DNA from: Candidatus Poseidoniaceae archaeon
GTDB lineage: Archaea; Thermoplasmatota; Poseidoniia; Poseidoniales; Poseidoniaceae
Direction: 5' to 3'
Length of the DNA: 64,000 bases
Assembly (NCBI GenBank): GCA_943788655.1
Contig: CALSRB010000005.1
Span: 258,502 to 322,501 of the forward strand
Below the pieces are notes generated by a model. It ran no database searches. It was given only the letters and a program-made list of their open reading frames with translations, and was not told the origin of the DNA. This document shows positions 20,703-30,903 of the stretch, in pieces; within the stretch, counting starts at the first letter, position 1, and every line of letters begins with the position of its first letter. Position numbers and translations under genes: made by a program.

Positions 20703-20936
20703 ATGGCGATTGGATTTGTATTAATTACCACGCAACCAGGACGAGAACACGATGTTCGTGCAACGCTTGATGGCATCGAATTTGTCACTGACCGATGGAT
20801 GTTGTTCGGTGAATACGACTTGATTGCTCGAGTTCAAGCCGATGATGAATACACCCTCACTCGCTGCATTGTCGAAGAAATTCGAGTCATCGATGGCATC
20901 GCAGACACCAAGACATTGATCGGTGCTGAACTCTGA
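20703..20936 (+). CDS. Lrp/AsnC ligand-binding domain-only protein (paralog)
   Basis: 77 aa from ATG 20703 after AGGTGAG RBS; LFGEYDLIARV, IDGIADTKTLI. Confidence 0.85.
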   Translation: MAIGFVLITTQPGREHDVRATLDGIEFVTDRWMLFGEYDLIARVQADDEYTLTRCIVEEIRVIDGIADTKTLIGAEL

Positions 20937-23147
20937 TCACAACAGTGAATGAAGTTGTGCCTCAAGGGCTTTTGCCGCTCGTGGGCACCCCGCTGCTCGA
21001 TGTTGTGTGATGGCTTCACGGAGCGCAATCCTTCGCATGTTGGGTTGTAGTTTCGCTTTGCATGTCCACCATCGAGCGTGCAATCGGTGAAGGGTTGCGC
21101 TGGTTGCAGTTTGTGTTGGCTCTTTGATGAGATTGAACATCTGTTTGGCCTTGATATCATCTAAGCCAATCAATTGCTCGACCAACGAAAGACGCAATGC
21201 ATCGGCCCGGATGCTGTTGGTTTGGGCTTCGATGGCCTCCTGCATACGTTCGGTATCGAGGGATGTGGCATCGCTTGGTTTGGTCGCAAAGAGAGCCGCT
21301 TTTGCCTCCATACCCAGCAAAAGTGGTTGGGCGAATCCTGCAATCCCTGCAAGCGAAGCACGAAGGCGTTCGGCTCGTTCAAAGTCATCTTCACAGAGGG
21401 CAAGAGCATGCTGAATCATAGAGAGGGCCACAAGCGTGACAGAACGCTGTTCTGGGTGGCCTTCTGGAACTTTCACCTTCGCAAGGTACTGTTTCACATC
21501 AGTGGAGAGGGAGGGGTCTACATGGTCGAAGACTCGATCATCCATTCGCCTTGAGGCAGCAGCGAGTGCCATTCGATTGATGTCGGCCTGATCGGACGAA
21601 TCCAAACCTTCTTCAATGATTTCATCCGCATCTTGGATGCGCCCTTCAAGCATGGCCAATCCAAGCGCTAAGTGGCGGGATTCTACGGAATCTTCCATCC
21701 CTTCGAGGTGGCGACGGACGTGTTCTGGCTCGCATCGCTCGATGGCCACTTTCCCTGCTAAATAATGCAAATGTGATGGCATTGTTGAAACCTTAATCGC
21801 TTGCTCAAGCAACACGGAAAAGGCGCCAGAATGAGTTTCCAACAACCGTTCCATTTCCGCATCAAGCTGCGTGTCGATGCCTTCTTCGAGGCTGGCAATT
21901 CGGTGATAGAGAAGAATAATCTGATCATCTGCTGTTTCTGCCAAACCCTCCCAGTGTTTGACTGCCGCCTTGTGCAACCTGCGCTTCGTGTCATCATCAA
22001 GAGCAGACCTGCGGACGTTGCGAACCAAATGTTGGATTTCCATTTTCTCAAGGTTCGAAGTCCAGCGCAGGAACGCATAATCATCCAATATGCCGACGAC
22101 TTCGCTGTCGAACGCTTTGCTTGCTTCGATGGGCATTGGAACCATCACGATGTGGTCAAGCCCACTCCGAGTCGAATGATCGAGGGTTGACAGAACAACA
22201 TTCTCGACATACGATTGGACATCAGCTCCCGCCTCCGGCAAGGGCGAACCTTCCTCATGGAGAAGAATGGCTAGCGGGTGACCACCGAGGCTTTCTGCGA
22301 TGTGCATCCGTTCCCCTTCCGCTATTGAGTCTCCTAAGAGCTGCGCGGCATCCTTGACTTCGAGCGAGGGGACGGCGATTCGAGGAAGAGCTTCCGGGAA
22401 TGAAAGAGGTTCACGCCCGATGAGGAGCATGTGGGCTGCTTGTGCAGCGTCAAGTTCTTTGCAAAAGGCACGGATTGAGGCAATGTGACGCTCTGGAATG
22501 AGGTGGGCATCATCGATGACGAGCACATCACCTTTGCACTTCATTGCAGCGTATTCAGCAAGAGCATGGTTGTTTTTGGGAAAGGGACCTTTGAAGCCCC
22601 ATTGATCGCAGAGGGTGTGCAAGTCGGTGAATTCACCAACCTGTGCCCAACGAACATTTGTTCCTGAATCGAGAAGGTGCTCACTGACCAGACCCCCCAC
22701 CGTTGTTTTTCCAATCCCGGGCAAACCACTCAACACCATGCAGTGTTCTTGGAGAATGCTTTCACTGACCTCGGCGGCAAGGTGATGGCGCCCGTGCACT
22801 TCCCCAAGCACTGGTAAAGCACCGAATGAATTGCCTCGAGCCGTCTTTTTCCGAACTTTTGCATCGCCGAGCGAGTCGAGTGTGTCTCGCCCCTGATCGG
22901 TGAGGTGGTAGACATGCCTTCGTCGAGAACCCCCGCCAATCACGTGTGCTTTTCGTTTGAACACGAGGCCACTGCTTTCAAGGCCACTCAACGGGGCGTT
23001 GAGTGCGCTTCGAACAACGCCAAGTGCTTCACTGATACCCGGAAGGGAGAGGTGACGGGTGACGTCCCAAGCTTTCTCCATCGCTGGTGAAAAGCCTCCG
23101 AGCCAGCGCAAAATACGCTCTTGAGGACCGGAAAGACCACCAACCAT
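20937..23147 (-). CDS. Winged-HTH + STAND-type (NB-ARC/MalT-like) NTPase + helical repeat regulator
   Basis: RRRHVYHLTDQG wing motif, Walker A GLPGIGKT, Walker B LVIDDAH, GGHPLA motif, helical C-terminus. Confidence 0.7.
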   Translation of the reverse strand: MVGGLSGPQERILRWLGGFSPAMEKAWDVTRHLSLPGISEALGVVRSALNAPLSGLESSGLVFKRKAHVIGGGSRRRHVYHLTDQGRDTLDSLGDAKVRKKTARGNSFGALPVLGEVHGRHHLAAEVSESILQEHCMVLSGLPGIGKTTVGGLVSEHLLDSGTNVRWAQVGEFTDLHTLCDQWGFKGPFPKNNHALAEYAAMKCKGDVLVIDDAHLIPERHIASIRAFCKELDAAQAAHMLLIGREPLSFPEALPRIAVPSLEVKDAAQLLGDSIAEGERMHIAESLGGHPLAILLHEEGSPLPEAGADVQSYVENVVLSTLDHSTRSGLDHIVMVPMPIEASKAFDSEVVGILDDYAFLRWTSNLEKMEIQHLVRNVRRSALDDDTKRRLHKAAVKHWEGLAETADDQIILLYHRIASLEEGIDTQLDAEMERLLETHSGAFSVLLEQAIKVSTMPSHLHYLAGKVAIERCEPEHVRRHLEGMEDSVESRHLALGLAMLEGRIQDADEIIEEGLDSSDQADINRMALAAASRRMDDRVFDHVDPSLSTDVKQYLAKVKVPEGHPEQRSVTLVALSMIQHALALCEDDFERAERLRASLAGIAGFAQPLLLGMEAKAALFATKPSDATSLDTERMQEAIEAQTNSIRADALRLSLVEQLIGLDDIKAKQMFNLIKEPTQTATSATLHRLHARWWTCKAKLQPNMRRIALREAITQHRAAGCPRAAKALEAQLHSLL

Positions 23148-23247
23148 GCTCTACCGAAGCACAGGCTCCTTTCTAACCACCGCTTTTGTTGCATCACCTC
23201 CGCCAACCAAGGGTTTCCTTTTTTGGGGGCGGCGGGAAGGAAAGGGC

Positions 23248-24975
23248 ATGCCTGTCACCCTCGCTTCGGTGGATTTCCCCAAGCGACCGGGGGTGTATCT
23301 CTTCAAAACCAACAAAGGGCGTGTTCTGTATGTTGGAAAGGCGACGAAGCTGAATGAGCGAATCCGTTCCTACTTTGCACACACGCCTGACCGGCAAATG
23401 ATTCCCGAACTTGTGCGCAGATCCGATGACATCGAATGCATTGTGACCAATTCTCCTGAAGAGGCGCTCATCCTCGAACGTCAGTTGATTCGACAACACA
23501 AGCCGCGCTACAATTCAATGCTCAAGGATGACAAATCCTACCCATTCTTGGTGTTGACAAAAGAAGAAATTCCACGCATTATGTACACCCGCCACCCGCC
23601 CAAAGGCAGCCTGCGATGGGGACCTTTTCCCAATGCTGGTGCGGCAAAACAAGTCATGCAACTCCTTCGAAGGCAATTTGGAATCCGTGATTGCAAAGAG
23701 TTGCTCCCCCAAGGCTGCCTCTCAATGCACATTGGCCTCTGTGCAGGACCCTGCATCGATGCCACTGGCTATGCAGAACGGGTCAACACCGCCCGACGAG
23801 TCCTCAACGGCGACGCAGTGGCATTGCTTGAGGAACTCGCCAGCGAAATGGATGCCGCCTCTGAAGCGATGAAGTTCGAACAAGCCGCTGCCCACCGAGA
23901 TACCATTCGCGCTGTTCGGGCGACAACAGGCCAGCATGTTGTCTCAAGTAAGGTGTATCGAGACTGCGATGCGATTGGAATTGTGGCACAAGGCGAGATG
24001 GCAGCTGTCGTGATCATGCATGCCGATCAAGGGGTCGTGAAGGGCCAGGAAGTGTGGCCTATGGTCCACCGCGGCGATTTGGGTGAAACAGTTGCAAATT
24101 TCGTGGCCGAGCATTATGCCAACCGCCGCCCACCACGCTTGCTGCTCACACCAACACCACTCTTGGACGGTGTTGAGGAGTGGCTTTGCAGCCGTCGAGA
24201 AGCAAAGGTCGAGGTCAGAACACCGCTGAGAGGCGATTTGGTGACATTGTTGACCCTTGCTCGTCAAAACGCAGATATTCAGATGACGCGATTGGCCAAC
24301 GCAACGAGTGGCTCGCTTGAACAGCGGGCAGCGAACGAAGGGGCTGCCGTGTTAGGCATGGAGCAACTAAACCACATCGTTTGTTTCGACATGGCGCAAT
24401 TGCTTGGGGATGAACGGGTGGGTGCAAGTGTGACGCTCCGCAATGGCCGACCTGCCAAGAAAGAGTACCGAACGTACATCGTCAAGACCGACGCCATGGA
24501 TGACCTACGAATGATGAGGGAAGTTGTTGAACGCTGGCTAAAACGACAAGATACATGGCCCGACCTGTTGTTGATCGATGGAGGTGAAACACATCTCTCA
24601 ACCATCTCGGCGCTTCTTGAGGAACACGGTGTGCTTGGTGAGTTTGGCCTTGCGGCGCTGGCCAAGCGGGAAGAAACGATTTACAGAAATGGCCACGAAC
24701 CAATCGTACTTGACCGAAAGGGTCGAGTCATGGTCCACGCTCGTGATGAAGCACATCGATTTGTCAACACCTATCACCGAAAACGTCGAGGCAAAAGCAG
24801 AATGGCCGATCCGCTCCAAGGTGTGGAAGGACTTGGTGCAAAAAAAATGCAGAACTTATTACGGCATTTTGGCGGCCGGCAAGGCATTCAGCATGCTTCA
24901 GCGGATAACCTCACGACCGTGCCCGGCATCGGTCCAGCGCTTGCGCAACGCATCTATGATGCACTGCATAACTGA
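23248..24975 (+). CDS. uvrC: Excinuclease ABC subunit C
   Basis: PGVYLF..LYVGKA GIY-YIG domain, LKDDKSYP, PDLLLIDGG, RDEAHRF, C-terminal HhH. Confidence 0.95.
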   Translation: MPVTLASVDFPKRPGVYLFKTNKGRVLYVGKATKLNERIRSYFAHTPDRQMIPELVRRSDDIECIVTNSPEEALILERQLIRQHKPRYNSMLKDDKSYPFLVLTKEEIPRIMYTRHPPKGSLRWGPFPNAGAAKQVMQLLRRQFGIRDCKELLPQGCLSMHIGLCAGPCIDATGYAERVNTARRVLNGDAVALLEELASEMDAASEAMKFEQAAAHRDTIRAVRATTGQHVVSSKVYRDCDAIGIVAQGEMAAVVIMHADQGVVKGQEVWPMVHRGDLGETVANFVAEHYANRRPPRLLLTPTPLLDGVEEWLCSRREAKVEVRTPLRGDLVTLLTLARQNADIQMTRLANATSGSLEQRAANEGAAVLGMEQLNHIVCFDMAQLLGDERVGASVTLRNGRPAKKEYRTYIVKTDAMDDLRMMREVVERWLKRQDTWPDLLLIDGGETHLSTISALLEEHGVLGEFGLAALAKREETIYRNGHEPIVLDRKGRVMVHARDEAHRFVNTYHRKRRGKSRMADPLQGVEGLGAKKMQNLLRHFGGRQGIQHASADNLTTVPGIGPALAQRIYDALHN

Positions 24976-27900
24976 TCATTCAAATCGATCGTCGCCAAGG
25001 TCTTGGAGAAGGGTGTCATCGAACGATGGTACCGTTGTTTCCATAGGGAGATCCATTGGAGGAATTGGCGGTGTGGCATCATTGTTGAAATCCCTCAGTT
25101 CATCTAACTCGCCATGAAGAGCCGTGCTTGTAAAACCAGAAAGGTCAGCGAATTCATCGTTCCCGATTTGCGGTTTGGATGCAATCGCTGCTGCCTTTCG
25201 TGCTCGCTTCTTCTTTCGTTTTCTTCGGCGGCGGCGGACAAAGAGCAAGAGAAGAATGACGAGGATGGCAGGGTACTTCCAGAATTGAACAAAGAAGTAC
25301 ATCCACGAGAAATGAAGTTGGAAGGAGATTGTGTCATCAACATCACCTGCAGGTAGGGTGTAGGTGATTTCCTGGCGACCATCAACGGATCGAACCACAA
25401 TGTTGCCTTGAGTCGACTCCAGATTCTCCAATGTAATCCCCGGGGGCATGAGAAGGGTTAGCGGCCCATTCAAGGGCAATTCAAATTCAGGAACGAGGGT
25501 GCTGTTGAAGTCGAGACGATACGAGAGTGTATCGGTTGAGTCACCCCCATTCGGAAGCGTGACGCCACCCCATCCGACGATCCCGTTGGTGAGCATGCCC
25601 GTGATGCTCTGCATCATCATGGACATTGGTTCAACGAAAGTCGAGCGCATTGTGTCGGTAATCAGACTGATTTGAAGACCATCTACATCGCCGCCAAACA
25701 CTCGCCCCCAATCGCCATCGAGTTGCAATTTGAACGTGACTTTCGGGATGGTTAAGGTCAAACTTAGCGGTTCCTCATCGCTAACAATCAGGTCCGGAGC
25801 ACCAACGCCTTTGAGCCGGGTTTTGACTTCGAAATCCGTGATATCAACCGACTTGAAATTCAATTCTTCTTGATCCATTAGCCTCGCTGCTGCCTCGTGT
25901 GTGAACTGAGTAAACAATTCACCAACACGCTTGACAAAGGCCGTCAAGCCATCGGAGGTGAATACGAGGGTAAGGTTCTCGTTACAGACACTGTAATTGA
26001 AATCACACACAGACCCAAGAATGTCGCTGAGGTTATATGTCCGGTTTATCGGGTTCTCAACGCGACTTGCGATATCAAGGGCCAACCGAACAAGGTCAGA
26101 AGGCAACACCTCCATTGTTATGCTGTGGTCATCTGTGGAGGGGATGTACTCCTGTGGAATCATAATTCGATGTACAGACACATCAGCATCCAGACCTAAT
26201 TCGACAGACAGCGTTTGGGTGAATTCATTGATGTCAATTGAACTTGCGTCCATTTCGAGCGCCGTCGTGACGCAAGTTCGTTGCGTCGTCTGACATTTCA
26301 CATTTTGATAATCATCGCGCACCACTTGGCGCCAATCGTATGGATTTGTTCCAGCGAACGAGATGACATTACTGTCGTTCTCCCCGATGGTCTCCTTGAG
26401 AATAAGGCGATCGTTCCCCTCGGCCGTGCGGACCCAAGTCGGAAGAATGATTTCCAATGTCACTTCTGAAGGGGGTAGGTTCGAAGGTACAATACCTGAG
26501 AGGAAGTCATCACTGAGGGTGGTTCTAAGGGACAAACCAGCATTCAGCACACGTTCAAAATCATCCTCTGTGAGAACGTTAATGAATTCCGCTAATGTTT
26601 CGTCGTCATTGTTTTCTGAGATAATATCCAGAAGACGCATTGAGAATGGTTGGCTTGTCGTGGTGAGGTACACCGGATGGTTTGTACCCATGGCATCTTC
26701 GCCTTCAACACAGAAGCGGAGTTCAACACCCGCTGGTGCAACTTCCGAGCACCCAGTTGAGTGAGAATAATTTAGGCCACCAGAGAGCTGTGTTCCAACC
26801 GCTTCTTGAGTGGAAACCCACGTCAGGTCGTTCATTTCAATCGTTTCGATGCCGGCAACTGCAGAGGATACACCTTCAGCAATCACGTCAACAGGGAATT
26901 GTGAGGTGAAGTTGTCCAAGTCAACAAGGCCGTTGTGGTAGGCCAAACGAATGCCATCTGCGGTCACAACCGGCACCGTTGCTCGCTCAGCCACCGAAAT
27001 CAGTGATACGCCCCAATCGTCCATTGTGGCTTGGTCAAGGTAGTGCATACCGGCTGTAAAACCGAGGGTTGCTGCGGATTCGTCTTCAATATCAAGGGTG
27101 ATGTGAAGATCCAATGCTTTGGAGCCCGAGGGCACATCCACCGTGCTCGTACCGGTTCGGTTACGATGCTTGAGCGTCAATTCAACCCCCTGACTTAGGT
27201 CGCTGTCTGTGGGTTGAGCAAGGCGATGGTCGAGCGTCCAAGAACTGGAATTGTACGGCGATGCACCTGTGTGCTCAATCAGCGTACCTGATGCGTCAAC
27301 AGCATCAATGGTGGCATAACTCGGTGGATTCACTGTGTAGGTCGCAAGATGCCCAGGGCGAGCCACGAAATCGAATGTCGAAGTGATTTCTGTGCCCATG
27401 ACCAAGAGTCCTTGGTAGGCTCGTTCAAGGTCCAGGTCCGGGTTTGGCAGTAAATTGAACGTCGATTGATCGAGTTGAATGAGCGCTGAAGTCGAAATGC
27501 AAATTGGTGGATTGAAGACATCGTTCTGTGAAGCACCTTCTTCTGCTGCGTCCGATGTGGGGTCAATCGAACAAGCAGTTGTTGTCGTACCCTCAATGTA
27601 TTGGTTGGAGTAATCTGTCGTGACTGCGACTTCGCCGAAACTGGATTCAAGGGAATCCTCAATGGCGTTGGAAAGTTCAATCTTCAACTTCGAGCCGACC
27701 GTTGGTGAGCCGGAGCCAGCGGTTTCTTGGTCGAAATAATTGCGGATGAAATCTGCCGGCGCACCGTCGTCTTCATCCAGGCCGTCGTTTGCAAGAGCGC
27801 TTGTGATGAACGGATCGGTGAAGCCAAGTGCTTCACGGTCGAACTCACGAATGGCCCATTGCAACTCCAATTGTATTTGTTCAGTACCGAGCATTGTGAA

Positions 27901-28122
27901 CTCATAGGTGCCTTCAATCCAATCCTGCATGTTCGGTGTTCCATCGTCTGAATCGTCGTACGTATCACAGATTCCATCAACGGCAACCCCGGGATCCTTG
28001 TCACACGATGCCATACCAGCTGCCGCAGCCATGGGGGCAAAGATCGAGACGGCCATCAAAGCAATCAGCACGTGGGCGAGGGCTTGCTGACGAAGGTTCG
28101 ACAAAACAGTGTGCTCGCTCAT
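24976..28122 (-). CDS. Large acidic membrane-anchored surface protein with polybasic cytoplasmic segment
   Basis: Signal peptide, 1048 aa, C-terminal TM followed by RRRRRKRKKKRARK. Confidence 0.8.
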   Translation of the reverse strand: MSEHTVLSNLRQQALAHVLIALMAVSIFAPMAAAAGMASCDKDPGVAVDGICDTYDDSDDGTPNMQDWIEGTYEFTMLGTEQIQLELQWAIREFDREALGFTDPFITSALANDGLDEDDGAPADFIRNYFDQETAGSGSPTVGSKLKIELSNAIEDSLESSFGEVAVTTDYSNQYIEGTTTTACSIDPTSDAAEEGASQNDVFNPPICISTSALIQLDQSTFNLLPNPDLDLERAYQGLLVMGTEITSTFDFVARPGHLATYTVNPPSYATIDAVDASGTLIEHTGASPYNSSSWTLDHRLAQPTDSDLSQGVELTLKHRNRTGTSTVDVPSGSKALDLHITLDIEDESAATLGFTAGMHYLDQATMDDWGVSLISVAERATVPVVTADGIRLAYHNGLVDLDNFTSQFPVDVIAEGVSSAVAGIETIEMNDLTWVSTQEAVGTQLSGGLNYSHSTGCSEVAPAGVELRFCVEGEDAMGTNHPVYLTTTSQPFSMRLLDIISENNDDETLAEFINVLTEDDFERVLNAGLSLRTTLSDDFLSGIVPSNLPPSEVTLEIILPTWVRTAEGNDRLILKETIGENDSNVISFAGTNPYDWRQVVRDDYQNVKCQTTQRTCVTTALEMDASSIDINEFTQTLSVELGLDADVSVHRIMIPQEYIPSTDDHSITMEVLPSDLVRLALDIASRVENPINRTYNLSDILGSVCDFNYSVCNENLTLVFTSDGLTAFVKRVGELFTQFTHEAAARLMDQEELNFKSVDITDFEVKTRLKGVGAPDLIVSDEEPLSLTLTIPKVTFKLQLDGDWGRVFGGDVDGLQISLITDTMRSTFVEPMSMMMQSITGMLTNGIVGWGGVTLPNGGDSTDTLSYRLDFNSTLVPEFELPLNGPLTLLMPPGITLENLESTQGNIVVRSVDGRQEITYTLPAGDVDDTISFQLHFSWMYFFVQFWKYPAILVILLLLFVRRRRRKRKKKRARKAAAIASKPQIGNDEFADLSGFTSTALHGELDELRDFNNDATPPIPPMDLPMETTVPSFDDTLLQDLGDDRFE

Positions 28123-28173
28123 ACTGTCTGCTTGTCACGCCACATTCATAGGCGTTCCCCCCTTGTTGCAAGC

Positions 28174-29355
28174 ATGAGTGGTTCAAGCGACCAAGCCCCC
28201 GTGCAAGTGGTGGTTTGGACCGCAAAAGAACATGCTACGAGTCTTCATGCAGCCTTGAAGGCTCTTGGCTGGCATTACCCTTTTGCACAATCCAAAGTGA
28301 ACAAGGAAGGCGAAGTTGGCTTTCCATGCCTCCAAACAGAGCCTTTCTCCAAAGAGGAATTGAGGGCTTTGGAACTGAAGGCAACCGACCCGTTTACGTT
28401 CAACCTTCAATCCATTGAAATCACAGGGCGCTCGGTGAATCCTCATGAGCAACTCAAACGCACCCTTGAGGTGTGGTGCGCTCACAACTTCACCTCGAAT
28501 CATCGGCCAACAGGGCTTCAACTTCCGACGAAATGGGAACGATTGGGAGACCTCGTCATCCTTTCAGAAGAAGCGTTCAACTCGGTGCAATGGAACGAAG
28601 TCTTGAACCGTGTGAACGAGGCTGAGAAAACCAATCTTTGGCAAGCCATTGCGCAGTCGCTTGGTGGAACAAAGCTGGCGAGGCAAGCCCAAATTCTCGA
28701 CAACATCACCCGAAGTCCGCAGGTATGTTTGCTGCATGGCGATTCAGCATGGGTTGAGTTTTCCGATTACGGTGTTCAGTTTGGCTTTGATGCCGAACAC
28801 GTGATGTTTTCCTCTGGCAATGTCACTGAGCGTCATCGAATCGGATCAATGGATATGTCGGATGAAATAATTGTTGATGCCTACGCTGGCACAGGGTACT
28901 ACACGCTTCCTATGTTGGTTCGAAGCAACGCTGCCCATGTGCATGCTTGTGAGTTGAACCCTGCTTCAATTACAGGACTGCGATGGGGGGCGAACGCCAA
29001 TGGAGTTGAACAAAAACTCACCGTCCACCAAGGGAATAACCAGGACACGCTTCCGTCTTTGAAGGGATTGGCCGATCGATGCCACCTTGGCCTTTTGCCC
29101 AGTTCAGAAGGTGTTTGGGCACACGCACTTGCATGCCTCAAACCGACCGGTGGGATGCTTCACATTCACATGAACGTGGAAAAGGAACGCATCGAAGAAT
29201 GGCGTGCCGATACCATTGCCACGCTGGAGATGATGGCAGAGGAGGCTGGCCGTTCATGGAACATCACAAGTGTACACGTCGAACATGTCAAATCATTTTC
29301 GCCCGGCGTCATTCATGTCGTGCTTGACGTGCTGTGCAGCGTGCGCGTCGAATGA
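28174..29355 (+). CDS. taw2: tRNA(Phe) wyosine aminocarboxypropyltransferase (TYW2/Taw2, Met-10+ family)
   Basis: W..LGDL, VMFSSGNVTER, VDAYAGTGYYT, ACELNP, ADRCHLGLLPSSE, VKSFSP. Confidence 0.85.
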   Translation: MSGSSDQAPVQVVVWTAKEHATSLHAALKALGWHYPFAQSKVNKEGEVGFPCLQTEPFSKEELRALELKATDPFTFNLQSIEITGRSVNPHEQLKRTLEVWCAHNFTSNHRPTGLQLPTKWERLGDLVILSEEAFNSVQWNEVLNRVNEAEKTNLWQAIAQSLGGTKLARQAQILDNITRSPQVCLLHGDSAWVEFSDYGVQFGFDAEHVMFSSGNVTERHRIGSMDMSDEIIVDAYAGTGYYTLPMLVRSNAAHVHACELNPASITGLRWGANANGVEQKLTVHQGNNQDTLPSLKGLADRCHLGLLPSSEGVWAHALACLKPTGGMLHIHMNVEKERIEEWRADTIATLEMMAEEAGRSWNITSVHVEHVKSFSPGVIHVVLDVLCSVRVE

Positions 29356-29361
29356 GGTGCA

Positions 29362-30369
29362 TCAAGCGCCCGGGTCATCCAACAACACCGCGTCAAAGGT
29401 TGGCTTTGGTTCGTCTTGTTCAATGCCGAGCGGTGGATCGATTCGAGCGACGTAGAAGACAGCGAAACAGACCCCTCCCAATGCTAAGAACGAACCAAGG
29501 CTCAAGCCGATGACGCCAAAGGCCCCACTCAGACTTGAAAACCAAGTGGTGCTGTCCTCGTTGACAACTTCGCCCGACCGGAGGGTGCCGTCTGGATCGG
29601 ACACACCAATCATGCGAACGCTGATGATTTCAGCCTCATAGGTCGGTCGTCCAGCAGAAGAGGCAGGATTCTGAACAATTTCTTCGCCGGTTGGATCATC
29701 TGACGTTGGTGTGAGCGCAATAGCACGAACGTGACTCATACCATTTCGGACAATTCCAAAGGTTGCATAGCCCTCATCATCCCTGTTCTCAGGGTCAAGA
29801 TTGTGCGCTTCGGTCTCAGCGATGTACCACTGAGCATCCGCAGAGTCTGGGTCTTGACTGCGAGCCATTCCTATAGCACCATCGACATGGGAAAGATTTG
29901 GATCTATTTCCAGAGGAATGGTCTCCCCCGTGCCACCGCTGCCACATTGTGGGCTGGTGAGTGGATAAGCACCGATCTTGGAACAGGTTGGATCGCCGCC
30001 TTGGACAACGAAATCATCGATCACACGGTGGAAGAAAATTCCGTCATAAATTCCGTTCTCGACGTTCTTGACCATGTTCTCTGTCGTGATTGGAGCCCAT
30101 TGCTCAAACAGTTCAATCACAATAACTCCGTAGGCGCGGGAATTAAAGTGAGCGGGAACATAGGAAACTTCGAGTTCGACTATGGCGTTGCCTTGGTAGG
30201 TGAGTTTCATTGGCGTGTCTTCCGGTTCGGGTCCGTCAGTCCACATGGTTGGGTCAATGCCAACCGTGCGCCATCCACTGTTGCCAGTCTCTGCACTGGC
30301 CATTGGTGCAATGGTCATTGTCATGCATAACAGATTGAGGATGAGCAAGCAGGCAACCCGTCCTTTCAT
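29362..30369 (-). CDS. Cyclophilin-type peptidyl-prolyl isomerase with signal peptide and C-terminal TM
   Basis: APITTEN, YDGIFFHRVIDDFVVQGGDP, GAIGMARS. Confidence 0.9.
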   Translation of the reverse strand: MKGRVACLLILNLLCMTMTIAPMASAETGNSGWRTVGIDPTMWTDGPEPEDTPMKLTYQGNAIVELEVSYVPAHFNSRAYGVIVIELFEQWAPITTENMVKNVENGIYDGIFFHRVIDDFVVQGGDPTCSKIGAYPLTSPQCGSGGTGETIPLEIDPNLSHVDGAIGMARSQDPDSADAQWYIAETEAHNLDPENRDDEGYATFGIVRNGMSHVRAIALTPTSDDPTGEEIVQNPASSAGRPTYEAEIISVRMIGVSDPDGTLRSGEVVNEDSTTWFSSLSGAFGVIGLSLGSFLALGGVCFAVFYVARIDPPLGIEQDEPKPTFDAVLLDDPGA

Positions 30370-30459
30370 GGTTAGGCGAACCGGTTCCCCCCCATCAATC
30401 GTGCGGAAGAGCGTCGCTTCGACCCATAGACCAAAAAGGGGAAGCGGCGTGTTTGAATC

Positions 30460-30849
30460 ATGGAACCACAATCCAATTTCGTACCAAACCTAACCCTCGG
30501 CTATGGAGCATTCCTCATTCTATGGGGTATTGCTGTCTCGATTCTCTCAGAATCCGAATCGATTACCTCGTACTTCCCAAGCATCCTCGGCGTACCGCTC
30601 GCGCTTGCTGGCTTGATGGTCATGCGAACGCCCGAAAAGCGAAAACTTTGGATGCACATTGCTGCGACGTTTGGGTTGCTCTGTGCGATCGGAGGCACTC
30701 GATTCTTCATGGTCATGGGCGATGGAATCACCTATGCCTCTGGCTCTATGCTCATGCTGTTGGTCACTGGCAGCGCCTACACCGCTGTGTGTGTTCGTTC
30801 CTTCATCGCTGCTCGCAAAGCCCGAGAAGCGGCGGAAGCCAGCGCATGA
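30460..30849 (+). CDS. Small 4-TM membrane protein (TMEM14-like)
   Basis: Four hydrophobic segments; YG.FLIL.G...S.TS..P pattern. Confidence 0.6.
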   Translation: MEPQSNFVPNLTLGYGAFLILWGIAVSILSESESITSYFPSILGVPLALAGLMVMRTPEKRKLWMHIAATFGLLCAIGGTRFFMVMGDGITYASGSMLMLLVTGSAYTAVCVRSFIAARKAREAAEASA

Positions 30850-30903
30850 GTTTGATTCACATCAAAGCGTCATGCTCTTGATGGAGAAGGACTTGGAACA
30901 ATC

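Noticed and set aside
20931-24981. Back-to-back TGATCA stop codons at 20934-20939 and 24973-24978
   Set aside because: Expected in a compact genome with convergent genes that prefer TGA stops.
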